From positions 10,044,001 to 10,108,000 of the forward strand of contig JBHGNT010000014.1 of NCBI GenBank assembly GCA_043228905.1: a stretch of 64,000 nucleotides of DNA, written 5' to 3'. A program made the position numbers and the translations under genes. A model generated the notes under the pieces. The model searched no databases, was not told the DNA's origin, and was given only the letters and a program-made list of their open reading frames with translations. The stretch is from Azolla caroliniana. Taxonomy: Eukaryota > Plantae > Polypodiophyta. Below are positions 58,498 to 64,000 of the stretch, piece after piece. Numbering within the stretch: the stretch's first letter is position 1; each line of letters begins with the position of its first letter.

Positions 58498-60764
58498 ATG
58501 GACCCACAAACGCTGTCGGAAGCGGCTAGGAAATGGCTCAGACAACACGGACTGGAGGGGTTCTTGACCATCATGGAGGCACCACCGCACAAAGAAGTCG
58601 ACCGGGTCATCAAGGAGCTCAACACGGAAGTCATCACCGAGGAAGCGATCCGTGCGCTAACAGGCCTTCCGGAGGGAGATGTTTTTCAGATTGATAACCC
58701 AACCTCGGAGCAACTCATCCGATATTTCGGTGAGTACTCTGTAGCCGGCAAAGGCTATCGAACGCAGGGCGGCGAAGATCCGCTATTCAGGGAAATAGCT
58801 CGAGTGCTCCATGAGTACGGCCACGTGTACCCCCGACCCCCTGTCATGCCAAAAAATCGGGCAGGGATGATCATAGCCACCTATGAAGGGACCAAGGTGG
58901 ATTGGCCGGTGTTGATTGCAGACGGTTTGTGCGCGGCAATCGACATGGTACGAGGAAAGGACGGCAAGGAGGGCCGGAAGCTGTGGCATGCCGTAGCTCA
59001 GTGGATAACATTGCTCGTGCCGCCGGTCGAGACCGTCCAGCCAAAGAAGCGGCCAAGATTATCGGAAGGAAGCACCTCGAAACCCGCGTCCAAACGACAG
59101 CAGCTGCTGGCGTCGAAGGCGACGAAAGGGAAGAAACGGCTCCCAGAACCGGAGGAGGTGTCACCGGTGGGACCCGTTAAGATAACCATACGGCGACCGG
59201 GTCAGAAGGAACCAGAACCCTTGACGGTACAGAAACAAGCCGTTACCCAGGAAGAGGAAACGGAGGAGCCAGAAGAGCACCTCCAACGACGGTCAAGAAG
59301 TGGGACCGCCGGGACAGCGGGGGAGCGTTCGGACCCGCAAAAGGAAGAAACGCCCCCAACTCAACCTGAGCAAACCGCAAGGGAAGAACCGGAACTGGTG
59401 CGTGAAGAACCGGCCTTGTCGACTTCTATACCAGAAGTCATTCCAACGGCTCCGGAGACGGCGAGAACCGGAACTCAACAGCCGGCGAGCCCAGCCAGCA
59501 CACACGGCGGCCAAGGAGTAGAACCAGAACGGCAGATATAGGCACTCAGGCCAGACAATTCCACAGTGAACGAGCCGACCCGACTAGTTCAGCAGCAAGG
59601 CACCAGTAGCATGTGGCTACGGTGGGTAGGCGAGCAGATCGCCGGAGTGGTCGAGTACATAGAGGCGGAGGAGAGAGCGCACCACGAACGGTTGCTCGTC
59701 ACAACCGTAGATCTAGAGACGGCCCGGTCCAGAATCCGGAGCCTTGAACAAGACTTGGACAGGGTCACAAGGGAAATGGCTCAATTGGCTTTGACAACAC
59801 AAGTCCAAGCACCGGTGACTCCGGGCAATGTACAGAATAAAGCGTCAGATCAACCTGTACATAGCAATCAGACCCCAGCAACGGAAACCGTTCCGGAGAG
59901 AAATGCGGCACAAGCCCAAGAGCTTGCGGATTTAAAGGATGAGCTAGCTGCCCAAGAAGCGCTGAGGAGCCGCGAAAGAGAGTTGAAGACGGCAGCGGAG
60001 GCAGAACTCAAAAAGACTGCTGAGAATCTACGCCGGGCCGAGGAGAGCTTACGAAAAGGCCACCAAGCGTACGACCGGCTCAAGGAGGAAAAGGAGAAAA
60101 TGCTGCAAGAGAAGGATAGGCTCCGGAGAAACGCCGAAACAGAAGTAGAGCGCCTGAAAGAGGAACTCCGGCAGCTAAAGGACCGGGAGGACCGGAACCA
60201 TCGCCAGATCAACGGCAAGCTCAAACAAAAAACAGAGGAATTTGAGAACTTGCACCGGGAGTATAAACGGTTGCAAACAGAGCACAAGGAACGGACGGAT
60301 GAGCTCCGGCAAGCAATTGATCGGACCGCAACGGCACACGCTAAGGAACAAGCGAAAACCAGAAGACGGTTGGAAGAGGCGGAGAAGGTTCGGACAGAGC
60401 TCCTTAGGCAACAGCAGGCGGAAAAAGAAAGAGCGGCGGAGGTACTGCAGAGGCTGCAAACAACATATCAAGGGCAGCTGACGCGCTACAAAGAGCAGGC
60501 GGAGGATACGGCTAATCTCATCAAGCAGTTGAAGGAGGAACGACAAGTTGTGGAAAGTAGAGCGCAAATGGGAGCAAGTCGTATCCAGGATATCATGTGG
60601 GCCTGGTTGAACCAGACCAAGAGCTTGATTGACAACGGGTCCGTCAAATGGTGGACCAAGTGGGCCACGAACGCGGCGGAACTCCAATTGCTCCGGGCCG
60701 ACGTAGAGAACCGGCGGAAGGAGGGAGATGATTGCTATATGCTGACTTCCGAAGACTTCACCGG
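58498..60764 (+). pseudogene. Element F ORF2 (unknown function), one in-frame TAG at 59539, cut by G
   Basis: ORFs 58198-59541 and 59566 onward share a frame; N-domain, PE-rich linker, long coiled coil, LRADVENRRKEG. Confidence 0.85.
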
Positions 60765-61482
60765 TGTCGTGAAGAAAACCGCCCACAAGAGGAATCGGAG
60801 GAACAAGGCGTGGGAAACGGCTCTACGCACACACGCGCGCCAAGAAGTACCTAAGGACGAAGTAGGTACATACGAGGATCCTAGGTGGGCAGATTCGGTT
60901 GGTATGCAGTTAATGCCAAACGGCCGCTTGACGGGCTATAAAAAGGAAGAGGGAGAATACGAGGAGGGGATCTCCCGCGGAGAGGACGAAGTGCTGCCGA
61001 ACCGATTTCGGAGCTTCTCTCTCTCCTGCTCTCTCGGTCTTCTGCTCCATCGCGTACCTGTGCAGGTTTCGAGGAGGCTTGCGCTGTTCCGTGGAACGCC
61101 CGAGTGCGTCCTGCAGCACCTCCGACCTGTTTCCCCCTTCTGTGCGTCGCGACATACAGGGGTCGGCAGCTGTTCGCCGCCCTGTTCGTTTTCGATAGCA
61201 TCTATTTTGTGCCCCACCGTGGGTTGTAATGCTTTGGTCTGTTGTTTTCTTGCATTCATAAGTACTTATCTCTCGTTGTTGCGTCCATCTGTGTCGGCGT
61301 TCATTTGTGATCTCTGTTTGTTGGGCCGTGTCCCTGTGCAATCGTCGGTTCTGCGCAATCGGATCTTCGGTTCTGTGTAATCGGGTCTCTCTCTCTTTCT
61401 TCTCTCTCTCTCGCTCTTCGGTTCGAGACCCCCGTGGTCCCTCCTCCTTTCTACACGCAAGGGCGTAGTAACCCCGACATCT

Positions 61483-61500
61483 TGGTGAACCCGACGTGAA
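61483..61500 (+). promoter_or_regulatory. Element G PBS (tRNA-Trp)
   Basis: TGGTGAACCCGACGTGAA 3 nt after the LTR. Confidence 0.9.
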
Positions 61501-61522
61501 AGAGGCGGCAGAAGAGTGGGAA

Positions 61523-63649
61523 ATGAAGGGGGCGGATCTTGCAGAGGCCATGGCTTCGGCCGTGGATCGGATAGTAAGCGCGCGCGAGGGCACCGGCGCC
61601 CTCGATAGAGCTATTGAGGCGGTCGTCGGAACGATCGGTCGATTCACCGGAAAAGATGCCACGAAGTACCTGGCGTCCTACGGTGCAGAAATGTTAATGC
61701 GGGACATTCCGGAAGACAGGCGTCTTGCCAGTTTTCCCCGAGTGGCGATGCCGAGCATCCACTCGGAGGTGCTCGAGGTGCGGGCGGAGAGCCGTACCTG
61801 GGAGGAGTTCGAAGGTCGGCTCCTGGAAAAATACGGACTGGACGACGCGCTCCGGCTTTCGAAGCGAAGCTTCATGGAGTGGGTGGAGTCTCCCGGGAAA
61901 GGAAGGAATGCGTCGGCACTCCTCCGGGAGTTCGAGGAGAACTTCGCGCGCCTTTCGGCGCTTGACAGGATGGTCCTGGATACAAGCCGGGTCCTGCTGT
62001 TCGTCAAATCGGTTGACGAGAGGGATCGGAGTCACGTGGGCGCCCTGCTAGAAACCGAAGACGGGCTGACAGCCGACTGGGCGGCGGTCAAGAGAGCCTG
62101 CGGCCGTTTCGACAAACGGCGAGAATGGGAGGATGACAGAGCAACCGGGTCGGGCTCAGTCGCGGCGAGGAAACTCAAGCCGGCGCAGCCGGTGCGAAGG
62201 GAAGAGACTCGGGAGTGGCTGGAATCCGGTTCAGCTGCGACCGACGTGATCAGAGGCTCGACTGGAGGAGCTGCGTTGGAGGAACTGACGAGGGCGATAA
62301 AAGACCTCCAAATCGCACAAGCCCGCAGAGAAGGCGGAGGACCTGCTCGTGACCGACTGCCGGCGGCAGGGAACAGGTGCATGTGGTGCGACGGGGTCGG
62401 CCACATCCGAAAAGACTGCGGCGATTTCGCAGAGGCGCTGAGGAACCGGGTGGTGTACCTATGGGAAGGCCGGGTTCACGCCAACGACACGAGAAGGGCC
62501 CTAAACCGAAACGACGGGCGAGGCGGAATGAAGAGGTTGATGGAAGAGGCGGCGGCCCGACATGCGGAAACCGTCCACTACTCGGCGTCGGCCGGTATTC
62601 GAGTCGGGGGCAACGAGGCCCGAAGAGGAAGCAAAGCCGGATTCTGGCCGACGGTGCTGGAAGGCCTTGCCGATACGAGGATGAAGAGGGAGGAATCGGA
62701 CCGTGCGGAGAAACGGGTACGGGAGATGACCGGGTGGAGCGACCCGGTCGAGGAGAAGACGGGCTTCGTGGAAGCCGCTTGCCGGAACTACGAGGCTCTG
62801 GTAGAAGAGAAGCGGGTGGGGAAACCCGGGACGACCGGGCCCTCACAACGATACGACACCCGGTCCGGGCCACGACGGGACGAAGCCGGCGGGGCCGGTA
62901 CGCAAGATAAACCCCAGAAGGGCGGGTACCGTCTGGGGACGGAGATAGAAAGAACCACGGACTTACGAAAGGTCCTGGAGGAACGGATCCTCGACAGCAA
63001 GGTGGAGCTGTCGCTACGGGAGGTGCTCGGAATCGCGAAGAAAGAGTTCCACGACTCCATCGTGGACTTGGTCAAGCGGAAGAGGCTGTCGACGGAGGAG
63101 GAACCGGAAAGACCGGTAGAGGTGCGGACGGCGCACCTGGACGACATGGCGCTGGAAGACGAGTGGGCGGAGAGCCACTATTCGCGGCCACACTGGGCCC
63201 GAGCGACCACGGAAACCCCGGTAAAGATCGGCGATGTCCAGGAACCGGTAGTAGCTTTGGTGGACCACGGATCGGAAATCAACCTGATGTCCATGGACTT
63301 CTATAAGAAGGGCAAATGGCCGATCAACACCAAGCACGGGTGGAAGATAAGGGCGGCGACGCGCGCCACCGAGGAACTTCACGGGGCCTGCCCGAATGTA
63401 CGGGTCAAGATCGGCGATGTCGAGATAGACCAGCACTTCTTCGTGCAGGAGTCGTCATCGCACCCCGTCATACTGGGAGAGCCGTACATCACGGCGGCTC
63501 GAATGGAGACCAAGGTGCTGGACAACGGTTCGGCCTATGCGCGGGTCAAGAGCCAGGACTGGCGCCATTCGGTCCAGTTTTTGACGGTTAGGCCGAACCA
63601 CGAGCGTAACCGCGACTCCCTCGGTTCCGATAACCGAGAGGATTTTTAG
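61523..63649 (+). CDS. Element G Gag-protease
   Basis: RFTGKDATKYL, CMWCDGVGHIRKDC knuckle, ALVDHGSEINLM protease, VILGEPY; first ATG after the PBS taken as start. Confidence 0.9.
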   Translation: MKGADLAEAMASAVDRIVSAREGTGALDRAIEAVVGTIGRFTGKDATKYLASYGAEMLMRDIPEDRRLASFPRVAMPSIHSEVLEVRAESRTWEEFEGRLLEKYGLDDALRLSKRSFMEWVESPGKGRNASALLREFEENFARLSALDRMVLDTSRVLLFVKSVDERDRSHVGALLETEDGLTADWAAVKRACGRFDKRREWEDDRATGSGSVAARKLKPAQPVRREETREWLESGSAATDVIRGSTGGAALEELTRAIKDLQIAQARREGGGPARDRLPAAGNRCMWCDGVGHIRKDCGDFAEALRNRVVYLWEGRVHANDTRRALNRNDGRGGMKRLMEEAAARHAETVHYSASAGIRVGGNEARRGSKAGFWPTVLEGLADTRMKREESDRAEKRVREMTGWSDPVEEKTGFVEAACRNYEALVEEKRVGKPGTTGPSQRYDTRSGPRRDEAGGAGTQDKPQKGGYRLGTEIERTTDLRKVLEERILDSKVELSLREVLGIAKKEFHDSIVDLVKRKRLSTEEEPERPVEVRTAHLDDMALEDEWAESHYSRPHWARATTETPVKIGDVQEPVVALVDHGSEINLMSMDFYKKGKWPINTKHGWKIRAATRATEELHGACPNVRVKIGDVEIDQHFFVQESSSHPVILGEPYITAARMETKVLDNGSAYARVKSQDWRHSVQFLTVRPNHERNRDSLGSDNREDF

Positions 63650-64000
63650 AGAGGGCTGCCAAGGCGTGGGGCCGCGACAGTCCGGACACCCCGGGAAAAC
63701 CCCACACCTGTACGATAAAACCGAAGGAACCTTGTACCATAGGTAGGGGATTTTTGTTCTCCGACAGCGGAGCGTGTACGATAGTCGGCATCGGCGGCCG
63801 AGAGAAGACAAAGGCGGAGGGGAGACTTCGAGCGTGCGGAGTTCTCGGCCCTGACGAGGAAATCAACGGAGCCGTGGAGGCGGTCTCATTCGACGACACC
63901 TTGGGAATGCTGGGAAAGGTAGTCGAAGAAGGCCTTAACGAAGACCGGACGATACCGGTGTGTTCCGAGGAGATGTACGAAGTCATCGCGGACTTCGGTC
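63646..64000 (+). CDS. Element G pol start in the -1 frame (partial)
   Basis: Open from TTA at 63646 to the window end; SFDDTLG...TIPVCSEEMY aligns with D pre-RT SFNDTIG...TIQVNSINMY. Confidence 0.75.

Larger units (their letters stand above)
46458..60764 (+). mobile_element. Element F: Athila/Tat-like Gypsy (A/C lineage); 5' LTR split by E, 3' part interrupted by G
   Basis: LTR TGTTA (46458)...TAACA (52367), PBS, gag-pol, ORF2; 3' LTR not in the window, so the LTR start is inferred. Confidence 0.85.
60765..64000 (+). mobile_element. Element G: young D-family Gypsy, runs off the window
   Basis: LTR TGTCG...CGACA 60765-61479, Trp PBS, intact gag-PR. Confidence 0.9.

Noticed and set aside
59539-59541. 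ORF2 and ORF3 as separate genes in F
   Set aside because: Same frame across a single TAG (likely CAG>TAG); treated as one ORF, though read-through is not excluded
60765-61380. Hydrophobic, Cys-rich C-terminus of ORF 59566-61380 resembling an env transmembrane tail
   Set aside because: It is read-through into the LTR of inserted element G, which starts at 60765; it is not part of ORF2

Overview
Eukaryotic (most likely non-seed land-plant) heterochromatin made almost entirely of nested retrotransposons. No intact host gene, RNA gene or CRISPR array was seen. Layers resolved from LTR ends and 5-bp target-site duplications (TSDs): (A) Athila/Tat-like Gypsy 909-15751(-), TSD AGGTG, carrying Copia B 4940-10285(-), TSD GAGGC. 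Copia remnants I and K lie at about 16030-18232. (D) tRNA-Trp-primed Gypsy 18233-42198(-) carries Gypsy C 21799-32164(-) (itself holding a TSD-less Copia 3' fragment) and a very young intact Copia H 34193-39523(+). Next come a Copia LTR remnant split by a 5'-truncated RTEX-like LINE, and a deleted Copia J. (F) Athila/Tat-like Gypsy from 46458(+) has its 5' LTR split by intact Copia E 46723-52208(-) and its extra ORF interrupted by Gypsy G (60765 to window end, +, D family). Most striking signal: elements A and C, whose LTRs look unrelated, both lack a polypurine tract. Instead each carries a second, inverted tRNA-Arg primer-binding site 2 nt from the 3' LTR, the geometry needed for tRNA-primed plus-strand synthesis. 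A, C and F also share a large unannotated sense ORF2. D/G use a tRNA-Trp PBS and a probable G_GAU_UUU -1 frameshift after the protease. Lineage and tRNA assignments come from motif recognition and recalled tRNA 3' ends, not from database searches.
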